Positions 33,378 to 42,475 of a DNA stretch of 48,243 nucleotides are shown here, in pieces. The translations under genes and the position numbers were made by a program. Positions within the stretch are counted from its first letter, which is position 1. The number at the start of each line of letters is the position of its first letter. The notes under the pieces are model-generated. The model was not told the DNA's origin and did no database searches. It saw nothing but the letters and a program-made list of their open reading frames with translations. Location of the stretch: sequence record PZ150741.1. The stretch is one strand, 5' to 3'. Origin of the DNA: a phage.

Positions 33378-35670
33378 AACGCTTCATCTCCGCACCTTCC
33401 GCTACAAGAGGGAACCCTTCGGCCCATTCCGGTAATTCGCACATCAACCGCCCAAGCTCTGCAACATTGTATTCCGGTGTATCTGGTGTCTCGCAGATAA
33501 TTTCGTCGTGTACGTGAAGCACAATCGGATAGCCGTTAGCTTCTACATTCAGCAGCGCATTAGCCAGCAAATCACGGCACAGCGCCTGAGTGCAGTTTTC
33601 CACCAGTTTACCGGAGTAGGTGTACTGGAAGCCCCACTGACGGGTTAACTGGTTTTCTCCCTGGTACTTGATACGCACGTTAGTAGACACCTTTCCGTCT
33701 TCGTCTGTCTCTTTCGACACGCTTAACCCGACTCCGGGGTATGACATAACACGACCCGACGGCAACGTCATGCGCAGCCACCAGCCAGCGACTTTGTTGC
33801 CGTTGGTGTCTGTCTCCACGTTGCGCGAAAACTTAACGCCGCGTGGCCCTGCGGTGAACTCTTTACCTGGATTGCGGATAGCTGCCATAGCCGCATCTTC
33901 AATATCTCGCCAGAACGCTACTGTTTCAGGGTGGGACTCACGCCACATGCGCTTGATAGCGTCGCAGGTACGCCACACTTTCTTATCAAGAATATACGAT
34001 GGCCGGTCATCCTTTTCACCCGGACGCGGTGGTCGCTTTGCCTCCTGAATACGCGCCCACTCATACCCACGTGCTGTAGCAGCCCAGATGTGGTCGGGGA
34101 AAGTCCCATCCATTGTTTTTGCCATATCAACAAGGTTTAAGCCGAGGTTTTTAGCAAACTGAACGAAAGCGCCAACGCCGCCTGCGTAGCCGAGGCCAAG
34201 TTCGCAGGCTTTACCAATCTGGCGCAGGTCACTACGGCTTTCGAGAATGTAATCAGGGTCCATGCCGAACATCTTACCCGCGGTTACGCAGTAAATATCC
34301 AATCCCGCACGGAACGTATCGAGCGCGGTTTCTTCTCCCGCCAGCCATGCCAAACCGCGACCTTCAACGTTAGAGTAATCAGCTACGACAAACTTATGCC
34401 CGGCTTCCGGTATGATGCAGCTACGCACCGTCGATGCCGTTAGCTTGGCTACATCGAAACGGCGGTGTGCTCGGCCTTTAAACAACAGGTCGATTCCGTA
34501 GGACAACGGGTGTGTTACTCTCCACCAGTCCTTCTCCGACATCCAGTCATAACGTACTTTCTTCTTTTTATTCTTAGGGTCGTCGTGATAATACCCGCGC
34601 GCCAGGTTCTGCGGCTGAAAGCCTTTACCCGCAAACCGTAACGTACGCTTAGCCCCGCCATACTGGATACAACCGCGACGGCGGTCGTCCGACGAACGGC
34701 CCAACAGAAGCGGGTTATATTTCGTTGACGCGGTGGACGCGGCCCCGAGGCGCATTTCGATAATCATACGAGCGTCGTCCGGTAAATCATCATCCGCAAG
34801 CAGGTCATTCAGAGTCGACTTCTGCGCATTGTGGATGCGGTGCGCTGGCGCAAGTTCACGTAGAATCGGCAGAAAGTCTTTACCAGTAAGCGAGCCGCCG
34901 TACTTACGCTGGGCTTCTTCCTGTAACTGCGCCTTGTGTTTCTCTACCGCTTCAATCGCTGCTTCTGCAAGCGCGACGTCAACCTTAAACCCGCGGTCGT
35001 TAATTAACTGGTCCAGCTCCAGTACACGGTCTTCGAACTCAGAGTTACCCCAACGCGGCAGCTTATGGAAGACTTCACGCATTGCGGTGATGTCGCTCAC
35101 AGCGTACTTGATGAATAGTGCCCACTCGTCAGGGTGCGTTTCGGCGGTGTAGCGTCTGATTTTGTAGTTCTTCGGTGTCGGTTTAGAGAAACGCTTAATC
35201 AGTGCCTTTCCGCGTTTATCTTTCGCGTTGTCTGCAGACACGCCCAGCACTTCACACAACGCATCGAGTGACCCAGGCAGCGCGTGACGAAACGCCCAAA
35301 TCATCGTATCAATGGTGTTGCTTACCGGAATATCAAAACCCCAGCAGTGCTTCATGATTAACCTATCGAACATTGAGCCGTTGTGCCACACCATCTTAAC
35401 GCGGCTGTTTGGCTTAACCAGGCGGCGCAAGGCGCGGTGTAAATCCCCCGGCATGTCGCTGCCGTCGGTGCAATCCCATATCTGTACCGGCTCGTCGTCA
35501 AAAGCATAAGTACAGATGAGCACTTCGGTGGTTGGGTGCTCCGCGTAAGCGTATGAGCCGACTTTCTTCAAATCGGCTTCGGAGAATGTTTCAAAGTCCA
35601 GGTATAAGTAGCTCATTTCTTTTTCCTTAAATCCAGTGCCTTTGTTTCGCTTAATCTTATTTTCATACAA
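33367..35670 (-). CDS. family A DNA polymerase with 3'-5' exonuclease domain
   Basis: Exo I YLDFET; motif A ADYSNVEGR; motif B RQIGKACELGLGYAGG; motif C HVHDE; alternative start ATG 35616. Confidence 0.9.
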   Translation of the reverse strand: MYENKIKRNKGTGFKEKEMSYLYLDFETFSEADLKKVGSYAYAEHPTTEVLICTYAFDDEPVQIWDCTDGSDMPGDLHRALRRLVKPNSRVKMVWHNGSMFDRLIMKHCWGFDIPVSNTIDTMIWAFRHALPGSLDALCEVLGVSADNAKDKRGKALIKRFSKPTPKNYKIRRYTAETHPDEWALFIKYAVSDITAMREVFHKLPRWGNSEFEDRVLELDQLINDRGFKVDVALAEAAIEAVEKHKAQLQEEAQRKYGGSLTGKDFLPILRELAPAHRIHNAQKSTLNDLLADDDLPDDARMIIEMRLGAASTASTKYNPLLLGRSSDDRRRGCIQYGGAKRTLRFAGKGFQPQNLARGYYHDDPKNKKKKVRYDWMSEKDWWRVTHPLSYGIDLLFKGRAHRRFDVAKLTASTVRSCIIPEAGHKFVVADYSNVEGRGLAWLAGEETALDTFRAGLDIYCVTAGKMFGMDPDYILESRSDLRQIGKACELGLGYAGGVGAFVQFAKNLGLNLVDMAKTMDGTFPDHIWAATARGYEWARIQEAKRPPRPGEKDDRPSYILDKKVWRTCDAIKRMWRESHPETVAFWRDIEDAAMAAIRNPGKEFTAGPRGVKFSRNVETDTNGNKVAGWWLRMTLPSGRVMSYPGVGLSVSKETDEDGKVSTNVRIKYQGENQLTRQWGFQYTYSGKLVENCTQALCRDLLANALLNVEANGYPIVLHVHDEIICETPDTPEYNVAELGRLMCELPEWAEGFPLVAEGAEMKRYAK

Positions 35671-35783
35671 TCACGGCAAATCCACACATGCCGGTATCCT
35701 GCCCGGTACTTATCCGCGTACCACGGAAGCGGTTTCATATAGCGATAAACGTGCTTACAGAAAAACATTATTTTCGACCCTTA

Positions 35784-35809
35784 GTAAAAAGGCCCAATGA
35801 AGGGCCTTA
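35784..35809 (-). terminator. attenuator-type hairpin between SSB-like and polymerase genes
   Basis: On minus strand AAGGCCC-TTCATT-GGGCCTT followed by TTTTTA. Confidence 0.55.
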
Positions 35810-35827
35810 GTTAAATTGATTCAGATA

Positions 35828-36457
35828 TTAACGGCGGCGACGTTCGCGGCGCGGTGCTTCATCTTCTTCGTCGTCTTCCAGGTCGTCAGTGCTCGCCACT
35901 ACACTGGAGCCTCCGAAGCGTTTACCTTCACCCATATACTTGATGCCGAGGATGGTAGCGCACAGGTTTTTCCAATCTTTGTGCCACCATAACTCTACAG
36001 ATACGTTTGCGACACATCCGCTATATACCTGCTCACCTTCTATTTCCTTCCCATCGATGTTGAAATCAGGCTCGGTTTGTTTTTCGCCTTTAGCCGATGT
36101 CATAATCACCGGTTGACGGTTGTTAGTAGCGCGGAAATACAGACCTTCTTCAAAATCATCAATCGGATTATCTCGCATCGCCAGGTCACGGACACAGCAT
36201 TTATCTGCATGGTGGTCTACGCCGTAGTTGGCCTTCATCCATTTCTCGGCAGCAGCTGCCCCGATTGCCTCCGTTACAACTTCCATCGCGGTATCGTAAA
36301 GCGCATCGATTTGAGGGTGGTCAGGCTGCATAAGAACCGTAACCTGATATTTACCCTTAATCAGTTTACCAGTTTTCTTGTCCTCAGAGTCGGCAGCACG
36401 TTCGAATACGTTAACCCAGGCAGTGTTTACTTTACGCAGATTCAGTTTAATACCCAT
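35828..36457 (-). CDS. ssDNA-binding-like protein (DUF2815-like) with acidic C-terminal tail
   Basis: 209 aa; C-terminus DDLEDDEEDE; co-located with DUF2800-like nuclease and polymerase. Confidence 0.5.
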   Translation of the reverse strand: MGIKLNLRKVNTAWVNVFERAADSEDKKTGKLIKGKYQVTVLMQPDHPQIDALYDTAMEVVTEAIGAAAAEKWMKANYGVDHHADKCCVRDLAMRDNPIDDFEEGLYFRATNNRQPVIMTSAKGEKQTEPDFNIDGKEIEGEQVYSGCVANVSVELWWHKDWKNLCATILGIKYMGEGKRFGGSSVVASTDDLEDDEEDEAPRRERRRR

Positions 36458-36523
36458 CTTGATTTCTCGCTTTTCAGTTTATATTTCAAAGTTTACTCCG
36501 GGAACTGCCCGGCCAGTGATTTA

Positions 36524-36552
36524 ACTATAATAGCTTACTATTCAGGTGTCAA
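36524..36552 (-). promoter_or_regulatory. sigma70 consensus promoter (TTGACA-17 bp-TATAGT)
   Basis: Reverse complement TTGACACCTGAATAGTAAGCTATTATAGT; palindrome CCGGGCAGTTCCCGG in the leader. Confidence 0.7.
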
Positions 36553-36556
36553 CACT

Positions 36557-37831
36557 TTATTCCAAATCTTCTTCACTAACCCGATTCCATTCAGGACGCT
36601 TGTCGTCTGCCGTCGCGACACATGGTGAACCGGGCTTACGCGTAATGAAGTCTTTTAGTTCTTCTTCCGGTATTACTTTAACGGCCTCGGTAGGCGTCAT
36701 GAGCACGTCTTTAGTCAGCTTGTAACCATATTTCTCGTATACCGCCTCGGCATCCTTCCACGCACGATTACCCGGGCGACCTTCAACCAGCTTGTACCCA
36801 GGAACTTTCTTACCGGAATGCAACGCGGTGGCCATCGCTTTCTCGACCTTGTCGATGTGCTGGCGCAACAACGGCAGCTTCTCATACTCGACTACGAGTT
36901 GCTCCGGCGTCAGTTCCAGCGCAAAGTCATCTTCAAGTTCTTCCGCCAGTACAGAATTAACGGTTCTTGTACGCGCGGCGCACTGTTCTGAGAACCGACA
37001 CCACTGACAACCATCGACAGACGGCTTGAAGTCCGTCGCTTTCAGGTTCTTTTTACCACGGAAATAAGCATCAAGCGCTAACAGCGCGCGTTTCTGTGCG
37101 AACTTAGCAAACAGTTCCAGACCTTCGACCGAGATGTCCCATTCCGACGCACCGCCCGCGTACGGCTGGAAGATGACCAGACGAACAACCGTGATGTTAT
37201 AACGTCTCTTGAGTCGGCGATAAACACCGAGAGCGTAAAGCATAAGCTGCTTGTTTTCTTTCGCTTCGACACGATGTCGTCCTGTTTTCAGGTCGCCAAT
37301 AATTAGCATGTGCTCGTCAGTGTTAGCCAGTTCCTGAACGGCAACAAGGTCAGCGGTCCCGAAGGTCTCTAAATCGTCTTCCTCACCTTCTTCACCATCA
37401 GCAGGTACTTTGTAGCCCGGATGCAACACCTCAGTAAGATTGACACGCATCTCGAGTTTGGCGTAAGTCGCTACATCGATAATCGGTTTGCAGTAGCCGG
37501 TGTACTTGCGCACCTGCTCAATCATGTCAGCCGTAATCAGTACCGCACCTTTCATCGGGCTGATTAGCGCCTTAATCTGGCCTTTACCCTCGTCCAGCAC
37601 GTAAGCACCAACTTCGCGCTCTAACGGCAACGCAGTGCCTTTGATGTACTGGTTAAGGTGCATCTCAGCTATGGTGTGCATTGCCGTGCCTAATACAGCG
37701 GCTTTACCGGACGTGTTAGGAATATCTTTTTCACAGGCCAGTGATGCGGCGCAGCTTAGCCACTTTTTAGCCCCCGATGGTGACAGTAAGGCGTGCACAT
37801 CATTATTTCCGCCGCGTTCTTTTAGAATCAT
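36557..37831 (-). CDS. Cas4-like PD-(D/E)XK exonuclease (DUF2800-like)
   Basis: N-terminal HALLSPSGAKKWLSC motif; C-terminal Cys cluster CQWCRFSEQC. Confidence 0.6.
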   Translation of the reverse strand: MILKERGGNNDVHALLSPSGAKKWLSCAASLACEKDIPNTSGKAAVLGTAMHTIAEMHLNQYIKGTALPLEREVGAYVLDEGKGQIKALISPMKGAVLITADMIEQVRKYTGYCKPIIDVATYAKLEMRVNLTEVLHPGYKVPADGEEGEEDDLETFGTADLVAVQELANTDEHMLIIGDLKTGRHRVEAKENKQLMLYALGVYRRLKRRYNITVVRLVIFQPYAGGASEWDISVEGLELFAKFAQKRALLALDAYFRGKKNLKATDFKPSVDGCQWCRFSEQCAARTRTVNSVLAEELEDDFALELTPEQLVVEYEKLPLLRQHIDKVEKAMATALHSGKKVPGYKLVEGRPGNRAWKDAEAVYEKYGYKLTKDVLMTPTEAVKVIPEEELKDFITRKPGSPCVATADDKRPEWNRVSEEDLE

Positions 37832-37977
37832 TCCGTAATCTCCACAATACGCGCATTAGTGAAACTGCGTTCGAAGCCGAATGTATAGAAGACATGCCGC
37901 GCTTCCTCAAGATGGGCGTAACGGCTATGTTCCTGGTCTTTACCGTCTATTTCTACGACTATCGCGTATCTTGTCAT
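37828..37977 (-). CDS. possible small protein (49 aa)
   Basis: ATGA-coupled at both ends to neighbouring genes; below track cutoff. Confidence 0.3.
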   Translation of the reverse strand: MTRYAIVVEIDGKDQEHSRYAHLEEARHVFYTFGFERSFTNARIVEITE

Positions 37978-38246
37978 ACCCTGTTCTCCCACTGGTCAAT
38001 TAAATGTCTGGTCTGGTGCTGGCAATGCATAGCCCACCCATACATCGACTCGAAGACATAAAAGTCGGGTTTGGTGAAAGTCGTGCGCTTAATCTGCGAC
38101 ACGTGGCGGCCTATATCTTTAGGCCGTGGTACTTTACCTAAGTACGCCATCTCTTCCATCTGGTGCGTGCCGGACGGCGCACGTAACAGCCATAGCGCCT
38201 CTGTGTTATCCCGCCTGTCTACGGCGCGGTAGAGTTGGTAAATCAT
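37974..38246 (-). CDS. hypothetical protein (90 aa)
   Basis: Track ORF. Confidence 0.45.
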   Translation of the reverse strand: MIYQLYRAVDRRDNTEALWLLRAPSGTHQMEEMAYLGKVPRPKDIGRHVSQIKRTTFTKPDFYVFESMYGWAMHCQHQTRHLIDQWENRV

Positions 38247-38578
38247 TTATCCACCTCATGCGTTCTCAAGAAGACAATCATAGCGGCGCGTAGAGGGTTT
38301 TTGCCGATAACGCATTCGTCTCCAACGTAAATCATACTGGTGGCGTCTCCGGTAATGCCGTCAATAACCGCATTATCCGGTAAAGCAATCCATTCTGAAT
38401 CGGTAGCTACAATCGAGATGTTGTTGCCGGTGATAACATGCCATGCGTCTTCCACGCGGTTGCAATAATCAACATCACCAGAAGCTAATTCCATCTGATG
38501 CCCACGAGAAACATCACCGTATAGCGCGCGGCTAACTCGTGCGTTAATCTCTATGTCTGTTAAATTTTCATATTTCAT
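38243..38578 (-). CDS. hypothetical protein (111 aa), DUF2591/NinX-like (tentative)
   Basis: Track ORF; weak recollected resemblance only. Confidence 0.4.
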   Translation of the reverse strand: MKYENLTDIEINARVSRALYGDVSRGHQMELASGDVDYCNRVEDAWHVITGNNISIVATDSEWIALPDNAVIDGITGDATSMIYVGDECVIGKNPLRAAMIVFLRTHEVDK

Positions 38579-38589
38579 ATTTCCGACCC

Positions 38590-38614
38590 TCAGTTAAAGC
38601 GGCCCGAAGGCCGC
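38590..38614 (-). terminator. hairpin GCGGCC-TTCG-GGCCGC plus T-rich tail (minus strand)
   Basis: Between the acidic protein gene and downstream operon genes. Confidence 0.5.
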
Positions 38615-38621
38615 GAGATAA

Positions 38622-39083
38622 TTATTCTTCTTCGAAATACTTGTTCTTGATTGCCGTCAGGCGTTCCAGGTATTCAGCCAGGTCTTCATCTTTAATCGCA
38701 GCAATCTTCATCTTCTTACCGGTGAACTCTTCCAGCAGCTCGTCAGAATCATCACACGCGGCATCGCTCGGACCTTCATTAATCGCATCGTCGATAGCCT
38801 GAATCTGGTCGCGCAGAGACTGGTAATCTACTTCTTCTTTCTCTTCTTCCGGCTCTGGTGTAGGTTCCTCTACTTTAGCTTTACGCGGCTTGCGTTTTGG
38901 CTTCTCTTCTTCTGCTGGTTTAGTGTCAACTATGTCTTCACCTTCGGCCGGGATTTCTTTCGTTGCAACAGTAGGCTCGATTGTTGCAGTTTCCGCAACG
39001 ACAACCTGTTTTGCACTGTTCGCGGCAATCAGTTCATGTGCAACTACGAAACGTTCCAGTAACACCAAGAATTTCTCTAACAT
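38622..39083 (-). CDS. highly acidic Glu/Asp-rich protein, first gene of a leftward early operon
   Basis: 153 aa with roughly 45 Asp+Glu versus about 20 Lys+Arg; immediately downstream of consensus promoter. Confidence 0.55.
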   Translation of the reverse strand: MLEKFLVLLERFVVAHELIAANSAKQVVVAETATIEPTVATKEIPAEGEDIVDTKPAEEEKPKRKPRKAKVEEPTPEPEEEKEEVDYQSLRDQIQAIDDAINEGPSDAACDDSDELLEEFTGKKMKIAAIKDEDLAEYLERLTAIKNKYFEEE

Positions 39084-39114
39084 TTGTTTCTCTCCTCTCG
39101 TTTGGTATGGGCTA

Positions 39115-39143
39115 ACTATAATAGCGAACTATTCACATGTCAA
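39115..39143 (-). promoter_or_regulatory. sigma70 consensus promoter (TTGACA-17 bp-TATAGT)
   Basis: Reverse complement TTGACATGTGAATAGTTCGCTATTATAGT. Confidence 0.7.
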
Positions 39144-39165
39144 TGGGCTTTTCTAAAATAATTAA

Positions 39166-39176
39166 TATGGTACTAT
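39166..39176 (+). promoter_or_regulatory. possible extended -10 promoter (TGGTACTAT) for HTH gene
   Basis: TG-n-TACTAT about 30 nt upstream of ATG 39208; no clear -35. Confidence 0.3.
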
Positions 39177-39207
39177 TCACATATCAACTGACTAAGGAGT
39201 AACTGAC

Positions 39208-39423
39208 ATGCAACCATCTGAACTAGGCATCCGTGTAGAACAACGCCGCAAAGAACTCGGCATCTCCCAGCGCCGTCTGGCGGTCCTGGCCGGGGTTTCC
39301 CAGGGCGCAATTAACCAACTTGCACTTGGAGTAACTCAGGACGTCCGCCCGGCGACGCTGTTTAAACTGGCGGAAGTTCTGCAAGTAGACGCTAAGTGGC
39401 TGGCGTTCGGTGAAGGGGCTTAA
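39208..39423 (+). CDS. XRE/Cro-type HTH transcriptional regulator
   Basis: LGISQRRLAVLAGVSQGAINQL HTH signature; AAGGAG SD. Confidence 0.7.
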   Translation: MQPSELGIRVEQRRKELGISQRRLAVLAGVSQGAINQLALGVTQDVRPATLFKLAEVLQVDAKWLAFGEGA

Positions 39424-39440
39424 CGCCCCTTTCTTTTTAC

Positions 39441-41681
39441 CTATTCCAAATCTTCCTCTGTAACTATCAGCATTTCATTCGGTTCGTATATTGTCTTCGG
39501 TCTTAATCTGTCACCCATCTTTTCCGGTATCCGGTATGTACCGGGAATAACCTCGCCGTTAACATCACACCCTAGCATCAACTCACCGTCCTTCAGCATC
39601 TTCTCAAGATGGTGGTTGGTTATGGCGTGGTCGCCGGAGTTCGCTACTATCTGCCGTTGGGTAAAACCTCGTCCGGTGTCGTCGGACTGTTGCAGGTCTT
39701 CCAGCGCGGCGAGTATTGATTCCTTACGCCCTTCATCCTTCCCACGTTTTACGGCATTCTTTACGTTTTCCTTACCTTCCTTTGTCAGCCCTTCTTCGCG
39801 CTCTTTCTCCTCGTCAGTTTTGAACGGCTCGAAACCCCACGGCATCAACACAAGCGCCTTGTGCGGCTCAGGCAGGTCCAGGTTTACGATTGTGCCGTAC
39901 TCCTCGGTGCTACCCAGGAACTCAACCGCACGGTACTCTTTTGGCGGCGGGGCTTCACGGAACTGTACGGACTCCAGAACCATACCGACAGTTTTCTGTT
40001 GAGGCCCGTGCTTAAATTTCGAGTGGTATACGTTTATCTGACGGTCGGTTGCACGTTCGATTGTCAGTTCCACGTCGACGCCCGCATACAGCGCCCCACT
40101 GCCACGGGCTTTCTTTCCGCCTTTCGGCGTATGGTGAACAACGCCCACCGCGGCTTTAGTCGCATCGCGTACTTCTTTCAGGATGGCGATAACTTTACCC
40201 ATGCCGATTGCCGTCGATGAACTGTTCTCGTCGAACTTATCAATTGTCAGGGCCAGCGTCTGGTTAAGGGTGTCGAACGCGACCATTCCGATAGGTTCAT
40301 CCCCGGCAGTTTCGCGCATGAGCTTAATCAGGCTTTTCAGTTTGCCGACTTCGCCCATATCGATGACATGTACATAATCTTTACCTTCCGCGCCATATTT
40401 AGCCGCGAGTGCATCGATACGTGTACGTGTGGCTGCACCACCCTCACCATCGATATAGAAATGGTGACAACGCTGGGTATCCGCCCCCGCAAACCGGTAA
40501 CCAGCGGCGCTGAGATACATCATACCCAGCGTATAGAACGATTTGTACGTGCCAGATTCCCCGACGATATCCCAGATACAATCCGACGGCATGTACCCTT
40601 CGACGACGAAATCAGCCTTTACCGGTTCCGGTAATTCGTCCTCCTCTGAGTCCTCGTCGTCTTCCAGGTCGTCCAGGCTGCATGAGACGGATTCACGCGC
40701 ACCCCAACCGATGGCCTCTGCCACTTCACTGAATGGCAGCCCGGTCGCATCGCACGCGTACTTCCACACCTCTTTCGGCGACATGCCTTCGGTTGCCGTA
40801 ATGTCGGTGTCGTGAATCATGGTTACGTTCGGAGCTTCATATCCCTCGCGCGGGAAGCACAGCAGGAAGTCGTCCGGGCGCGGTGTCGGGTCGCTGTAGT
40901 TTTCTGCGTGTTCTGGCGTAGCTGGCATTTTCAGTCCGCGGGGTGTCATGACACCGCCGTACTCGAACGCCAGTGCTTCGAACGCATCCGTAAACGCGGT
41001 GCGCAGTTCTTCCGGTATCTGGTAATCCGATGCGCTGCTAACGTCAACGGCGGGGATGCCTTCCAGTAACTCGTCCGGGTCAATCAGGTCGTTGCGGCGC
41101 GACCAGATAACCTGAGAGCCAACCGGCGGCAGGTACATCGGCTGCGACAGAGTAAAACCGCTGCGGTCGGCGCCCATGCCTTTGAAGAAGTGTTCCAGCA
41201 GCCCATGACGAACACGGGTGATGTCGCCACCCTCAACCGGACGGCCCAGCGGCATGACGACGCGAAAGCGCGGGGACTCATCGGTATGGGATGCCGTGGT
41301 GTAGAGGCACATAGCCCGGCGGCTGCGCTTAACCAGGCGCACCGCTTCCTGGTACTCTTCCGGTGTTGCGCTGTCGAAGTCCAGATACGCCAGCGACGAT
41401 TTGCTTACAGAAGCGTCGCAGCGGTATAAAAAGCCTTTGCGCGCTTGCTTAAAGTCACCAGTTTCCGGGTCTTTTACGGTGCTGTGTGTAGAGTCACACG
41501 CGGCGGTGATATAGCCGGGCGCAGTCTTAGGGTTAACCCCATCGCGAACGGCATCGAGCGGCTGAATTAACTCTTTCAGGTCGTCCAGTGTTGCCGTGTG
41601 TGTGGTTCTGACGTTTATATCCTTTTTCTCTGCTCTCGCGTTGCGACGTGACCACGAGTAGGATAAAATTGCATCGGACAT
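39441..41681 (-). CDS. primase-helicase (N-terminal primase-like region plus RecA/DnaB-like NTPase)
   Basis: Walker A GESGTYKS and downstream acidic Walker B-like VAFD; 746 aa, large N-terminal domain; placement in replication block. Confidence 0.55.
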   Translation of the reverse strand: MSDAILSYSWSRRNARAEKKDINVRTTHTATLDDLKELIQPLDAVRDGVNPKTAPGYITAACDSTHSTVKDPETGDFKQARKGFLYRCDASVSKSSLAYLDFDSATPEEYQEAVRLVKRSRRAMCLYTTASHTDESPRFRVVMPLGRPVEGGDITRVRHGLLEHFFKGMGADRSGFTLSQPMYLPPVGSQVIWSRRNDLIDPDELLEGIPAVDVSSASDYQIPEELRTAFTDAFEALAFEYGGVMTPRGLKMPATPEHAENYSDPTPRPDDFLLCFPREGYEAPNVTMIHDTDITATEGMSPKEVWKYACDATGLPFSEVAEAIGWGARESVSCSLDDLEDDEDSEEDELPEPVKADFVVEGYMPSDCIWDIVGESGTYKSFYTLGMMYLSAAGYRFAGADTQRCHHFYIDGEGGAATRTRIDALAAKYGAEGKDYVHVIDMGEVGKLKSLIKLMRETAGDEPIGMVAFDTLNQTLALTIDKFDENSSSTAIGMGKVIAILKEVRDATKAAVGVVHHTPKGGKKARGSGALYAGVDVELTIERATDRQINVYHSKFKHGPQQKTVGMVLESVQFREAPPPKEYRAVEFLGSTEEYGTIVNLDLPEPHKALVLMPWGFEPFKTDEEKEREEGLTKEGKENVKNAVKRGKDEGRKESILAALEDLQQSDDTGRGFTQRQIVANSGDHAITNHHLEKMLKDGELMLGCDVNGEVIPGTYRIPEKMGDRLRPKTIYEPNEMLIVTEEDLE

Positions 41682-41739
41682 GTTGTATTTCCTTCAGCAA
41701 GTAATTTGGCCTCGGCGTTCACCGCGTCGGGGCTTTCTT

Positions 41740-41973
41740 TTATTCCAGGTCTTCTAAAGTAGCGGTCATTCCGCGAACTTCGGCAACGGCGCTATATTTC
41801 CCGCCAACGTTTTTCACGACACCGGATTTAACCAGAACACGTAACGACCCTTCAATAATGGCGGAACTATAGTACTTAAAATAACTACGGCGCAAGTCGA
41901 TAACACTGCACGACCCTTTTTTACGTGTTAACGAAACGACTGCTGTGAATACTCGTGACTGGAACTCGGTCAT
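41740..41973 (-). CDS. hypothetical protein (77 aa)
   Basis: Track ORF; ATGA-coupled to upstream HTH gene. Confidence 0.45.
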   Translation of the reverse strand: MTEFQSRVFTAVVSLTRKKGSCSVIDLRRSYFKYYSSAIIEGSLRVLVKSGVVKNVGGKYSAVAEVRGMTATLEDLE

Positions 41974-42140
41974 TTCACGTTCTCCTTAATCCACGCTTCC
42001 ACTTTCTCCGGGTCGAACGTACCTGGCTGCCGGCGGCCCATAATGCGAATACAACAATCCGGGAACTTTCCACTCTTTAACCAGTTATTCAGCGTGCGAC
42101 GGGTAACCCCGATACGCTCAGCTACCTCATTCTGCGTCAT
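41970..42140 (-). CDS. AlpA/excisionase-like HTH DNA-binding protein (56 aa)
   Basis: MTQNEVAERIGVTRRTLNNWLKSGKFP resembles AlpA-family HTH; first gene after leftward promoter; below track cutoff. Confidence 0.55.
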   Translation of the reverse strand: MTQNEVAERIGVTRRTLNNWLKSGKFPDCCIRIMGRRQPGTFDPEKVEAWIKENVK

Positions 42141-42172
42141 TCTCAAACCCTCATCATCAGTTAACGAAACAA

Positions 42173-42201
42173 AGTATACATTGCGAATAATGGGAAATCA
42201 A
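42173..42201 (-). promoter_or_regulatory. sigma70-like promoter (TTGATT-17 bp-TATACT) for leftward operon
   Basis: Reverse complement gives TTGATT, 17-bp spacer, TATACT about 30 nt upstream of ATG 42140. Confidence 0.5.
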
Positions 42202-42475
42202 ACATAATCGCACCTATTGACATTATGAAAATCTTCGTTTAAGGTGCTTCTATATCTTAGTTACTTTGATTCCTGTTCACCTTGTAAATCCGCTTAAACC
42301 GTGCGTTAAGCAAAGGGTTAAGCGCAAGTTTACTGAACATGAGAATTATTGTAACTTTCCTTCCTAAGTATCTCAGGTTGCCCTGGGCGAGCTATATTCT
42401 CATCGGCAGCATATCTCTTAAGTATCTGATTTTCTTAAAGTGCCGTAGATTCGCAACCGTAAAAATGTAACCCTT

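Noticed and set aside
35889-36628. Plus-strand ORFs (35889-36116, 36077-36628) antisense to the SSB-like gene
   Set aside because: Antisense to a gene with a consensus promoter and RBS; no translation signals of their own.
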